Positions 1-10,072 are shown, counted from the stretch's first letter. The stretch is 64,000 nucleotides of DNA from Candidatus Methanophagales archaeon (GCA_024699715.1 JANPRD010000002.1:219372-283371); one strand, 5' to 3'. The notes: a model not told the origin generated them from the sequence alone. Numbers and translations are program-made.

Positions 1-913
1 GGGAGCGAATCCTTTTGCGTCGCACCCACGCCACCTCTCAAAGTTCTCGTTTTACCCTGCGGGAATGTATGCGCTGCGTGGCGCACAAGACAGGGAGCTC
101 GTTGCGGTGGATGTTGTTGAGACGCCTCTGAAGAAAATTGCGAAGACATTCTTGCGAGTTCCCTGCGGTGAGGACTGGAGGGTTGCGGAAATTCTGCGAA
201 GGCTCGTGAGCGGCGAAACAGCAGGCGTCAGAGAGCTTGCCGAAGGTTTAGATTTCGCAACATTGAGCGCAATCGCAACGAAAATGAAAAATGCGTTCTT
301 CGGCGTCATTTTCGTGGGATTGGGCGTTCTCGCAGGAAGAAACGCAGAGAGAAACATATCCGCTCTGCTCTCGCTTGTTGAGGCGCTGAACGCTCAGCGA
401 TGCAGATTCGTGCTTTTCCCGATGAAAGGGCATTTCAATGTCGCAGGTGCGGTCACGCTTCTGCTCCGTGAGACGGGCTTCCCTTTCAGCGTGGATTTCT
501 CTGAAGAAGCGCATGCCGAAGCAAGGCGTGCCGAAGTGAGAGACGAGGAAGACAAGGAAGAGAGCGAGGAGCGGGGGGAGCGTGTGGCGTGTGTGTTTAA
601 GCCTGGCGTCGCTTTGGAAGTGCTTGAGCGTCGTGAGGTTGACGCTGCTCTGATTTTAGGTGCTGACCCTTTGGCTTCACTGCCGAGAAGCGTGGCGAGC
701 GCACTGCTCAAAATCCCGACGGTTGTCATAGACCCTTTTGAGAGCCTCACAGCACAGTTCGCAACGGTTGTGCTTCCCTCCGCAATCACAGGCGTTGAAG
801 CGGAAGACATCGCTTACCGCATGGACTTCCTCCCTCTCCGTCTTCAGAAGATTGTTGAGAGCGAATTTCCTTCGGATGCGGAGATTTTAAGGGAAATTTA
901 CAGAAATCTATGA
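1..913 (+). CDS. fwdB: Formylmethanofuran dehydrogenase subunit B-like (molybdopterin oxidoreductase family); 5' end lies outside the window
   Basis: Listed ORF 65..913 stays open upstream to nt 2 (GANPFASHPRHLSKFSFYPAG...), so the gene enters from the left edge. Sequence pattern recalled as FwdB/FmdB-like; ftr is in the same window. Contains an acidic insert EEAHAEARRAEVRDEEDKEESEERGER. Confidence 0.6.
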   Translation, partial: GANPFASHPRHLSKFSFYPAGMYALRGAQDRELVAVDVVETPLKKIAKTFLRVPCGEDWRVAEILRRLVSGETAGVRELAEGLDFATLSAIATKMKNAFFGVIFVGLGVLAGRNAERNISALLSLVEALNAQRCRFVLFPMKGHFNVAGAVTLLLRETGFPFSVDFSEEAHAEARRAEVRDEEDKEESEERGERVACVFKPGVALEVLERREVDAALILGADPLASLPRSVASALLKIPTVVIDPFESLTAQFATVVLPSAITGVEAEDIAYRMDFLPLRLQKIVESEFPSDAEILREIYRNL

Positions 914-1029
914 ATTCACCTCCTCAATTCTTCTAAGCTAAATCGCTTCCAGGGGATGAGATGAATGCCAGCACATAAATATATATAAATGAAGGAGAAA
1001 ACTAAAGTAGGGCGGGGTGTTTTTCAGAG

Positions 1030-3573
1030 ATGAATGAAGGGAAGTATCTTATTCTTCTTGATATTTTAGGATTTGAAGCATTGGCTAAAGAGATAGAAGA
1101 AAAAACAGGTGTAGATTCGGATGAGGTCAGAAATAAATTTTTTATTGATGTGATAAATGAGAAAATAGAGGCGATAGAAAGAAAAGGCATAATTATAGGT
1201 AAGATGAGGGAAGTGACCCTGGATTCTCGTTACATTCTCTTGACAATGTGTTTAAAAGTATTTTTGAGATTTTAGAGCATCGCACACCCTATAAAGGCTG
1301 TAGGAAAATACCGCTGGAAATTGCCATTGGAACAGAATATTTCGATAAATGGGCAAGATTTTATGGTAGAGAACTTATTTGTGAAGATTCTACAATACGA
1401 TTTATCAAGAAGTGCTGAAACGCATCATCAATTATTATCATAAATGGTATAAAAAGCGGTATAATGAATCGCCAAAATCCACTTTTATTGTTTTTACAAA
1501 GTCAGCATACAATGATTTAGAACCATTAGACAAGAAAATATGCAAAGAAATTAAATATCAAAATGTCAGATTCTTCGCTGCCGATGTGAATAAATTCTGG
1601 GAACGAGGCAAAGTTCTTGAATTTCTGGAGAAAATAGGTCGGAGTGGCAGCAAACGGTATGGTAGGATTAATGATGTATATGTGCCTCCGATAGAATATG
1701 ATGACATAAAGAGAACACTTGAAGAAAAAAGGATTGTTTTCATCACAGGCACTCCAGAATACGGTAAAACATATACTGCCGTCAGGCTTATGTGGGAATA
1801 TTTTAACAAGGGATATGAGCCGAGATGGATTAGGGGCGGGGAAGAAAGAGAAAGAATTTGGGTTAGAGAAAAGTTAGTGGATATAAAAAGTGAATTGAAG
1901 CCTCGGCATATCGTCTACTTTGAAGACCCTTTTGGGAAAACAAAATATGAGAGTAGAGAAGATTTGGAGAGAGAAATCGGAACTATAATAAATAGCATTC
2001 AACAAGTTGAAGATGTTTATGTAATAATAACCTCAAGAGAGGAGGTTTTTAAGGAGTTTGAAAAAGAGAAATTATCCGCAAGCGAGCTCAGAGCGTTTGA
2101 AAAGAGAATGAACATAAAAAAGCCGTCTTATGATTATGAGAGAAGAAAGGAGATTCTTCTTAAATGGGCTGAAAATGAGAATTGTAGATGGCTCAGAAAT
2201 GAGAGATTAAAAAATTTAGTTTTAGGGGTTATAAAGGATGAAGGAAATCTACCTACACCTCTGGCTATCCATGACTTTGTTATAGCTACCATAGATATAG
2301 AAGAAGGATATGAATTGAGGGAAGAAATAAAAAAGAAATCGGAAGAGACAGAAAAGAACCTCGCAAGAGAAATAAAGAATATGAGTGATGACAAGATATT
2401 ATTCCTATCATTCTTGTTCATTTTTAACTATTTTGATATTGACTTTGCTAAAGCAACATATCAAGAACTTGTAAAGGAATTAGGTTTAAAAGATGCTTGG
2501 GAATTTGATAGGCTTCTTAATTGGTTTAAAGATGATAAAATTGAGATTGTTGATAATAAATATATAAGATTTTCCCACCCTTCATATTCCCAATCTTTAA
2601 AACACATTCTTATTGAAGGAGCTGGATATATCAGCCAAATAAATAAAAAGATTTTTAGTAATTTGCTATTAAAACTCGCTGAGAAGGACGAGGCTGCTTG
2701 GGATGTTGCAAGGATTGTAGGAGATAATTTCAATGAGCTTCCTGAAAAAGTGAGGAACAAATTATTGCTCAAACTCGCTGAAAAGGATGAGGCTGCCCAG
2801 GATGTTGCATGGGCTGTAGCACATAATTTCGACAAGCTTCCTGGAGAAGTGAGGAACGAATTATTACTCAAACTTGCTGAAAAGAAAGAAACTGCTGGGA
2901 CTGTTGTATGGGTTTTAGCACATAACTTAAATGATCTTCCTGAAGAAGCAAGAGACTTGCTATTTAAACTCACGGAAAAGGAAGAAGAACTTCTCGGGAT
3001 GTTATATGGGTTTTAGCACATAATTTCAATAAGCTTCCTGAAGAAGCGAGAGATTTGCTATTTAAACTCACTGAAAAGGAAGAAACTTCTCGGGATGTTA
3101 TATGGGTTTTAGCAGATAGTTTCAATGATCTTCCTGAAGAAGCAAGAGACTTGCTATTTAAACTTGCCGAAAAGGAAGACACTTCTCGGGATGTTGCAAA
3201 TGCTGTGGCATATAATTTCGACAAGCTCCCTGAAGAAGAGAGGAACAAATTATTGCTCAAACTTGCTGAAAAGGAAGAAACTTCTCGGGATGTTGCAGGG
3301 ATTGTAGCATATAATTTCAACAAGCTTCCCGGAGAAGTGAGAGATGAATTATTGCTCAAACTATCCGAAAATGATAAGGCTGCTGGGATTGTTGCATGGA
3401 CTGTAGTAGATATTTTTAATAATCTTCCTGGAGAAGTGAGGAACAAATTATTGCTCAAACTTTCCGAAAAAGAAGAAGCTGTTTGGGATGTTGCAAGGAT
3501 TGTAAGAGATAATTTTGACAAGATTCCTGAAGAAGTAAGGGAGCAGCTTCCTGAAAAAGTGAGGAGGCGCTAG
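1030..3573 (+). pseudogene. Nucleotide-cyclase-like domain + P-loop STAND-type NTPase + nine 33-aa HEAT-like repeats; frame broken at least 3 times (about nt 1240, 1412-1418, 2985)
   Basis: ORF 1030..1275, an unlisted frame 1203..1418 (DNVFKSIFEILEHRTPYKGCRKIPLEIAIGTEYFDKW), ORF 1412..3016 and ORF 3055..3573 read as one protein. LLDILGFEAL, LDSRYIL and IPLEIAIGTEYF resemble class III cyclase core motifs. Walker A GTPEYGKT, Walker B VYFEDPFG. AT-rich versus neighbours (16 GC in nt 1441-1500). Confidence 0.6.
2663..3553 (+). repeat. Nine tandem in-frame 99-bp (33-aa) coding repeats, consensus LLLKLAEKEExxxDVAxxVAxNFxxLPxEVRxx
   Basis: Direct reading of the ORF 1412..3016 and 3055..3573 translations. 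Units 4 and 5 are nearly identical at DNA level. Confidence 0.85.
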
Positions 3574-3655
3574 GACAAATTAAAGAACCTGCTGTGCTGC
3601 ACAATTCAGTGAGGAGGCGCTGGACAAATTAAAGAACCTGCTGTGCTGCACAATT
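3559..3655 (+). repeat. Tandem direct duplication (50 nt + 47 nt) covering the stop codon and 3' flank of the NTPase gene
   Basis: gtgaggaggcgct(a)ggacaaattaaagaacctgctgtgctgcacaatt occurs twice back to back. The copies differ by one inserted A that creates the TAG stop in copy 1. Confidence 0.9.
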
Positions 3656-3772
3656 AAAACTTCTTTAATATCATTCTAAGATCATACCATTTTATTTCGG
3701 GTAACAAAATATAAAAAAGCAGCCAGCAGTAGGTCAGGAATTTGAGATGACATTTCATTTTATAACGAAAAA

Positions 3773-4768
3773 TTAAAATTTAATATTTATTTTCCTACTA
3801 CATTTGCTACAAATAGGCTTTTTTATTCTCAATTTCACATAGTAACCTGTCCTTTTAACGAGCAATTCACCGCAATCTGGGCAATAAGTGTTCTCATATT
3901 CATGCCCGGGGACATTCCCCAAGTAAACGAATTTCAATCCTTCCTCCTTAGCGATGCTCGCAGCACGCTCAAGCGTTGAGACAGGTGTCGGCGGAACTTC
4001 AGTCAAGAGATGCGCAGGATAAAACCTTGAGAAATGCACGGGCGTCTCCTCATTTAAGGCGACGAGCCAACGGGCAAAAGCACGCAACTCTTCATCGCTG
4101 TCGTTGTATTTCGGTATGATTAAGTATGTTATTTCAAGATGAATACCCTTCTCATGCATCCTTTCGCAAGTATCAAGCACAGGTCTCAACTTTGCGTTGC
4201 ATATTTTTCGGTAGAAATCCTCGCTAAATGCCTTGACATCAACATTCGCAGCGTCCAAAAATGGAGAAATCTCGTTCAAAGCATCTTCACTCATGTATCC
4301 ATTTGTGACATAAACGGTGTATAAGCCTGAGCGCTTCGCCGCTTTGAATGTGTCGTATGTGAATTCAAACCAAATTGTAGGCTCGTTGTATGTGAATGCG
4401 ATGCCTTCGCAGTGCGTCGCTCTCGCCTGCGATATGACTTCTTCAGGCGTCATTTCAGTCGTCGGGACTTCTCCCGGTTTAAATGCGGAGATGCTCCAGT
4501 TCTGGCAGTGCTTGCACCTGAAATTGCAAGAGACAGTTCCGAGCGAGAGGACGAAAGAGCCTGGGTGGAAGTGGTAGAGCGGCTTCTTCTCCACAGGGTC
4601 AGCATGCACAGAGGAGACGCTGCCATAAATTAGCGTGTGAAGCTTTCCGCCGATGTTCTTCCTTGTTCCGCACACACCAACATTACCTTCCGCAATTAAG
4701 CACTTGTGAGCGCAGACATTGCATTTGCACTTCTCTCCGCCTGTGTAAAGCATCGCCTCCTTCAGCAT
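3773..4768 (-). CDS. amrS: AmmeMemoRadiSam-system radical SAM enzyme (pyruvate formate-lyase activase-like)
   Basis: Intact 331-aa ORF with N-terminal Cys-rich CNVCAHKC...VCG, radical SAM CNFRCKHCQN and a C-terminal Cys cluster. Family recalled from memory. Confidence 0.75.
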   Translation of the reverse strand: MLKEAMLYTGGEKCKCNVCAHKCLIAEGNVGVCGTRKNIGGKLHTLIYGSVSSVHADPVEKKPLYHFHPGSFVLSLGTVSCNFRCKHCQNWSISAFKPGEVPTTEMTPEEVISQARATHCEGIAFTYNEPTIWFEFTYDTFKAAKRSGLYTVYVTNGYMSEDALNEISPFLDAANVDVKAFSEDFYRKICNAKLRPVLDTCERMHEKGIHLEITYLIIPKYNDSDEELRAFARWLVALNEETPVHFSRFYPAHLLTEVPPTPVSTLERAASIAKEEGLKFVYLGNVPGHEYENTYCPDCGELLVKRTGYYVKLRIKKPICSKCSRKINIKF

Positions 4769-6160
4769 AGGACTGCCTCCGCCGCCTTCCTCACGGCATC
4801 TCGCTCCTCTGGAATTGTGTAAACGCCAACATTATAACTTTCGCTCATCGCCCGCTCAACCATCCGAACAAGCGCAGAAACTTCTCTCAAAGGCTTCAAT
4901 CTTACCGCACCTCTGCTTCTTACTGCTCCGCTTCCACTCTCTTCGCTGCCCTCTTCGCTCCCACTTCGCCCTTCACTTCCACTTCTTTCCGCACTTCTCG
5001 TAAATTCGTCGCTTCCAACGCTTCCTTCATGCCCTTCGCCGATTAGAACTTTCGCAGCGCTCTCTTCCGCAGTCTCACGCCTCTGCACATCCAAAATCAC
5101 AAGACTTCGCTCAACTCTCGCCCTCCTCGCTATTTCAGCCTCAATTTCTTTGCACTTTCGCTCATCTTCAAGCTCTGAAAGAATTCCAGCGTCAATCTCG
5201 CTCATTTTTCGGTAGAACGCCCTTTTGAAGAGCCTCCTTTCGTTTATCCGCTCAATCATCTCTCTCGGAAAACCCTTAGCGTTGCGAAGAAGCACATTCA
5301 CCTCGTAGTCGTCCATTCTTCGTAGCGTGAATGCGAATGCACGGGCATCCTCACACTCTTCCAAATACGCTTCAAGCGCACGAATGAACATCGCCTGCGC
5401 AATCCTCGTCGTGTGGTGATTATATACCGTCGGATACATGAGAAATCTTGAGAAAATGAGGTATTCTGCGGGAATTATTCCCTTCTCGGTGAGAACAATC
5501 TCGCCTTCAAACATGCTAATACCCTGAATGAGTCGTATATTGTCTATGACGCCGTATGCAACACCTGTATAATACGCATCTCTGACCAAATAATCCATCT
5601 TGTCAGCATCTATTTCGCCCTTCAGAATGCCTGAAAGCTTCTCTGTGCCTTTAACGAATGAAAGCACCTTTCGCTTGTCCAAGTCGTGATGCTCAAGAAC
5701 TTCGGTAACAGTCCTCGCATCTCCTTCGCTCTCTTCGCTCTCCCCGCTCTCCCCTTTCCGCTCCCGCTCTCCGCCTCGCATCGTCGTCTTCGGCATCAGC
5801 GGTGGTGGCGTTGCCAAGAACGATGTCTTCAATATCCTCGTGGCTCTTTCCCGTGAATTTCCGAATGAGAGGCTCGGAGACATGCGAGTAAGGACCATGC
5901 CCGATATCGTGAATAAGTGCTGCTGCGAGCAGTTCCTCCGTCTCTTCCCTCACATTCAGATGCTCAAGCAGGACGCTTGTGAGGTGGAAAACGCCGAGAG
6001 AATGCTCAAATCTCGTGTGGTTCGCACCCGGATAAACGAGATAAGAGAAGCCGAGCTGCCTGATTCTGCGAAGTCTTTGCATCTCACGCGTGTCTAAAAT
6101 GTCAATAGCAAGGTCGTCAAGCCGAATGTAGCCGTGAATCGGGTCTCTCACAACCTTCAT
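4762..6160 (-). CDS. HD-domain metal-dependent phosphohydrolase (dNTP triphosphohydrolase-like); one frameshift inside a low-complexity insert (about 5700-5800)
   Basis: ORF 5693..6160 carries RFEHSLGV and HDIGHGPYSH. ORF 4762..5898 continues with DADKMDYLVRDAYYTGV. The two overlap in a GA-rich insert. Confidence 0.75.
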
Positions 6161-6220
6161 TAAACAAAATTACGCTTTCTTTTTTAATTTCTCGCTCTCA
6201 CGCTCCGCTTCAACGGCTGG

Positions 6221-7426
6221 TCATTCAGATGAGAGGACACTTTGCACATCCTCACGCGCTAAATCCAAAATGCGACGCTTCAAACGCTCAAAATCCCGCT
6301 CAATGTCTTCAATTGCGACCTCCTCACGACCGCCGAGAACCTCTCGCTTCACCTTCTCAGCGACGACATCGTCCCGCTCGGGCTTCAGCCGAATAATAAC
6401 GGATTTTCGTGGCAAGAAACTGCTGTATTCTGTGATAGAGCCTGTTTCAATGCCTTTAATAAGCCCATCTGCATCTCCATCGGTGATACCTATGAGGCGG
6501 ATACCCTCAAAACGCTTGAGAATATCCCCTGCAATGCTCGTAGTGTCGTCTCCAACAGTGATTACAATCGCAACATCCCCCTTCTCAAGCCTCGGATAGA
6601 GATTTTCAACGGTGTAGAAGAGGCAAACTTTCTTTTTCTCGCCTTTCACGCTCACGCTCTCAACGCCGACCCTGCGAGGCTTCGTCCTGCGAATGTGCGT
6701 TCCCGTCTTCACAACCGCAGCATTCAAGTCAAGCGGAGGCAACTTCACGAGGTTGTGTTCAATCAGCGTGCCTCCTTCAACGCCCACAATCCTCCCATTT
6801 TTCGCAATAAGCGTGATTTTTCCGCTCTTGTTCTCTGCGGAGACCCTTCCAATGACAACACCGTTCACCAATATCTTCTCGTTTGGAAGCACACCGCTGA
6901 TTTCCCTACGAACAACACCTCTAACATCAGCACGCTCAGCAAAAGCAGCAACATCGGCAACAGCAGAAGAAAAATCTTCTTCATCAAAGCCGAAGGCATC
7001 TTTCAGTTTTCTGAATGCATCCTCATGCTTACTGCTCAAAATCCACTTGAAAAAAGTTCTCACCGCATATTCCGCCTGAACAAATGAGAATTCCTTGCCT
7101 TTAAGACCTTTAAACACATTTCTTAATATTCCTCTGCCTAAGGCGATAGCACTTTCCTTATTTTTCGCATGATTAACAAGAATAATGAAATCAATACCTC
7201 GCTCAATAAAATCTAAAGCGACTTCAGATGGCTTCTTATCCCCGCTTATGTCTATGATGTGCTGCAATCCCGCATCTATTATCGCTGTCTTACCCGTTAT
7301 TCCGCCGAGAACCGCCTCGTATTCAAATCCCGCACTTCTGACCGCTGCGAGAGCTTCTTCCGCCTCGCCCTCGTCCACAACCTCAGGTCCGTGAAAGAGC
7401 AAGCCTACTACCTTCTCTTCCGCCAT
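6221..7426 (-). CDS. Conserved archaeal hypothetical protein (possibly DUF2117-type, with a C-terminal acidic VGDDTT...ITDGDADG motif)
   Basis: Long intact ORF. Start moved to MAEEKVVGLLFHGPEVVDEG (ATG at 7426). The family guess is memory-based only. Confidence 0.4.
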   Translation of the reverse strand: MAEEKVVGLLFHGPEVVDEGEAEEALAAVRSAGFEYEAVLGGITGKTAIIDAGLQHIIDISGDKKPSEVALDFIERGIDFIILVNHAKNKESAIALGRGILRNVFKGLKGKEFSFVQAEYAVRTFFKWILSSKHEDAFRKLKDAFGFDEEDFSSAVADVAAFAERADVRGVVRREISGVLPNEKILVNGVVIGRVSAENKSGKITLIAKNGRIVGVEGGTLIEHNLVKLPPLDLNAAVVKTGTHIRRTKPRRVGVESVSVKGEKKKVCLFYTVENLYPRLEKGDVAIVITVGDDTTSIAGDILKRFEGIRLIGITDGDADGLIKGIETGSITEYSSFLPRKSVIIRLKPERDDVVAEKVKREVLGGREEVAIEDIERDFERLKRRILDLAREDVQSVLSSE

Positions 7427-7584
7427 CGCAATCACCTCCTTAATAATAAAAATAGGAAAAAAATTAAAATATTTCGTTGGAGACTTGAGCATTTGCGGAA
7501 TAATTGCAGGATAGTGAGGAGGAAAAGAGAGGGATTAAAAGCCATTTTTGCCGAAAACAGGAGGCGTGTGAGAAAAATGAGGGG

Positions 7585-8763
7585 ATGAGCGAGGCAAAAC
7601 CGCTTCTGCTTTTCAGCGAGAGCATGCACAACGCAGACATGTTCTACGCAACCCGCTTCCTCTCCGCAGACCCCTTCATTTACCTGAGAACAGAGGCGAA
7701 AGAGATGATTCTTGTCGCAGAAATGGAAGTTGAGCGGGCAAAGAGGGAGGCAAAGGTAAAAGATGTGCGCTCATTGCTTGAATATGGTGATATTGGGGCG
7801 GAAATTGAGGATATTATTGTTGAATTACTGCGAGATGAGGGCATAAATGCAGTGAAAGTCCCAAAATATTTCCCTGTTTCAGTTGCTGATGCGCTCAGAA
7901 ATCAAGGTATTTCTGTTGAAGTTGTTGAAGAAGTGTTCAAGGAGCGTGAAGTGAAGAGCTGGTGGGAGATAGAACTAATAAAAAAGGCACAAAGAGCATG
8001 CGAATATGCGATGAGAACCGCTTTGAACATCATAAAATCCTGTTCTGTTCGGAATGGTGTGCTTATTGACAGCAAAGGAGAGCCTTTAACGGCGGAGAAA
8101 GTGAAAATTTGCATAGAGCATGCGTTAATTGAGCAAAGATGCACAACAGAAGAGCCGATTGTCGCATGCGGAAAGGGCGGTGCGAACCCACACTGGACGG
8201 GAAGCGGCGAAATTAGAGCGGATGAGCCTCTGATTTTGGATATTTTTCCGAGATTGCGTCGTGAGCGCTATTTTGCGGACATGACTCGGACGGTTGTGCG
8301 TGGGGAGCCTGCGAGCGAGGTCGTTGAGATGTTTGAGGCGGTGCTTGATGCTCAAAACGCAGCTCTCTCGCTCGTGAGGGAAGGCGTCTCTTGTGCGGAA
8401 GTGCATAACTGCGTCTGCGACATTTTTGAGGAGCGAGGCTACGAGACACTACGCAAACAGCAGCAGGAGAAAATGCAAAAAGAGAGCGAAGAGAAAGGGA
8501 GACAGCACAGCGAGCGGCATTTCAGGGCGAAGGAGCAAAGAAAGGGCTTTCTGCACCTCACAGGACACGGCGTCGGCTTGTCTCTGCACGAGAAGCCTTC
8601 TCTTGGCTTCAACGAGGATTTGCTCCGCAGAGGCAATGTCGTCACGATTGAGCCAGGGCTTTACGACCCCGCATTCGGAGGCGTCAGGATTGAGGATTTA
8701 GTTGTTGTGCTGCGGAATGGCTGCGAGAACTTGACGAGATTTGAGAAACGGCTCGTTTTGTAA
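7585..8763 (+). CDS. pepQ: M24-family Xaa-Pro dipeptidase/aminopeptidase
   Basis: HLTGHGVGLSLHEKP, VVTIEPGLY and GGVRIEDLVVV motifs. Start moved to the ATG at 7585 (MSEAKPLLLF). Carries a basic/acidic insert LRKQQQEKMQKESEEKGRQHSERHFRAKEQRKG. Confidence 0.8.
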   Translation: MSEAKPLLLFSESMHNADMFYATRFLSADPFIYLRTEAKEMILVAEMEVERAKREAKVKDVRSLLEYGDIGAEIEDIIVELLRDEGINAVKVPKYFPVSVADALRNQGISVEVVEEVFKEREVKSWWEIELIKKAQRACEYAMRTALNIIKSCSVRNGVLIDSKGEPLTAEKVKICIEHALIEQRCTTEEPIVACGKGGANPHWTGSGEIRADEPLILDIFPRLRRERYFADMTRTVVRGEPASEVVEMFEAVLDAQNAALSLVREGVSCAEVHNCVCDIFEERGYETLRKQQQEKMQKESEEKGRQHSERHFRAKEQRKGFLHLTGHGVGLSLHEKPSLGFNEDLLRRGNVVTIEPGLYDPAFGGVRIEDLVVVLRNGCENLTRFEKRLVL

Positions 8764-8775
8764 TTTTAATTCATT

Positions 8776-9918
8776 CTAACTTTGCTCCGCTTCCGCAGCG
8801 ACGCTTCCCTGAAGCCACTTAAATGCAGTCGGGCATACAATACTCGTTATTATTGCGAGTATTATGATTGAGGATGCCATTTTATTATCAATCAAGTGGA
8901 GTTTCAGGAGGATTGTTGCTATTGCAATCATCAAAGAGAGGCGAGAAGAGAGCAATATGCCCGCTGAAATGCTCTTCTTTAGCGAATATCTCGTAAGTAA
9001 TAGTAAGGAGGGCAATATTTTTGCTGTGAAAGCAACGAGCAGAAGCGATGGAAGTATGTAAATACCGTCGCTGATGAGTGTGAGGTTCGCTGAAATGCCC
9101 ACATTTATGAAGAAGATGGGGATGAGGAAGCCGTAGCCGATGCCGTAAAGCTTCTGCTCCAGCAGTGTTCCGCCGCCGAGAAGGGAAATCATTATTCCCG
9201 CAAGGAACGCACCCAAGACCGCTTCAACGCCCACAATCTCAGAAAGGACAACAAAAACAAGAAGAAGGGCGAAAGATGCACGAACTCCAAGCTCTGAATT
9301 GCGACTTGCATCGAACAAAGCGGAAATTGGCTCTGGAAAGCGCCACACCGCCACTTTACCAACAAAATAAAGAACTAAAAAGAGCAAGAAAAGGAGCAGA
9401 ATGAGAAGTAAATCAAATGAAATGCCACGCTCAATCTGCATCGTAAGAACAGTAAGAATCAAAAGTGTGGAAAAATCCGCAATAAATGCATTTATTAGTA
9501 TTACTTGACCGTATTCGCTTGTTGAAATGCCCAATTCTCTCGTTGTTGAGACGGCTAAACCGACTGATGATGTTGAAAATGCGAGAGCAAGGCAGAAAGG
9601 GAGACCGAGAATATGCATTAATGCGGTTGAAATGCCGAGTGTAAGGCTATAAATGAGGGCGGAAAGGAGGAAAAGCCGTGCATTTCGCACACTCGTTTGC
9701 GAGAAATCCATCTGAAGACCTGCGAGAAACATCAGGAAAACGAAGCCGAAATCCGCAAGGAAGGCGACGCCATGCGCCTCGCTCACTGAGAAGCCGAGAA
9801 AGCCGAGAAAAACGCCGCACAAGACCTCGCCGACGACAGCGGGAATCCTCAACTTCTCTGAAAGCATCGGAATGACGAATGCAAGCGCGACGATGATGAA
9901 CAGAGGAATGTAGGACAT
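8776..9918 (-). CDS. Cation:proton antiporter (CPA2/Kef-NapA type membrane protein)
   Basis: 380-aa polytopic hydrophobic ORF. N-terminus LRIPAVVGEVLCGVFLG is typical of Na+/H+ exchanger family proteins. Confidence 0.7.
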   Translation of the reverse strand: MSYIPLFIIVALAFVIPMLSEKLRIPAVVGEVLCGVFLGFLGFSVSEAHGVAFLADFGFVFLMFLAGLQMDFSQTSVRNARLFLLSALIYSLTLGISTALMHILGLPFCLALAFSTSSVGLAVSTTRELGISTSEYGQVILINAFIADFSTLLILTVLTMQIERGISFDLLLILLLFLLFLVLYFVGKVAVWRFPEPISALFDASRNSELGVRASFALLLVFVVLSEIVGVEAVLGAFLAGIMISLLGGGTLLEQKLYGIGYGFLIPIFFINVGISANLTLISDGIYILPSLLLVAFTAKILPSLLLLTRYSLKKSISAGILLSSRLSLMIAIATILLKLHLIDNKMASSIIILAIITSIVCPTAFKWLQGSVAAEAEQS

Positions 9919-10072
9919 GCCCCCCTCTCCTTCTCAACAGTTAATTTAAATTCTCGCAGTGAAATTCTTTGCCCGCATTAGTCCAGCGGTGGTGTGTTAT
10001 TTGAATAAATGAGGCAAATGCGTTTAAGTGTGCTGCTTACGGAGGCGAAGGAAGAGGAGTGAGTAAGGAGAA

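Noticed and set aside
2461-3521. Long antisense ORFs (170 aa and 183 aa) opposite the HEAT-repeat array. Similar cases: 394..810, 15382..15927, 35607..36260, 38736..39416, 24877..25392
   Set aside because: They are Ser/Leu-rich low-complexity shadows of repeat or GA-rich coding sequence on the other strand. They have no motifs, and the sense-strand genes have clear family signatures.
9071-9093. C box-like CTGATGA, 12 nt, then CTGA (possible C/D box sRNA)
   Set aside because: It lies inside and antisense to the antiporter CDS. No matching C'/D box pair follows, and the first base is not a purine. It is probably a chance occurrence.
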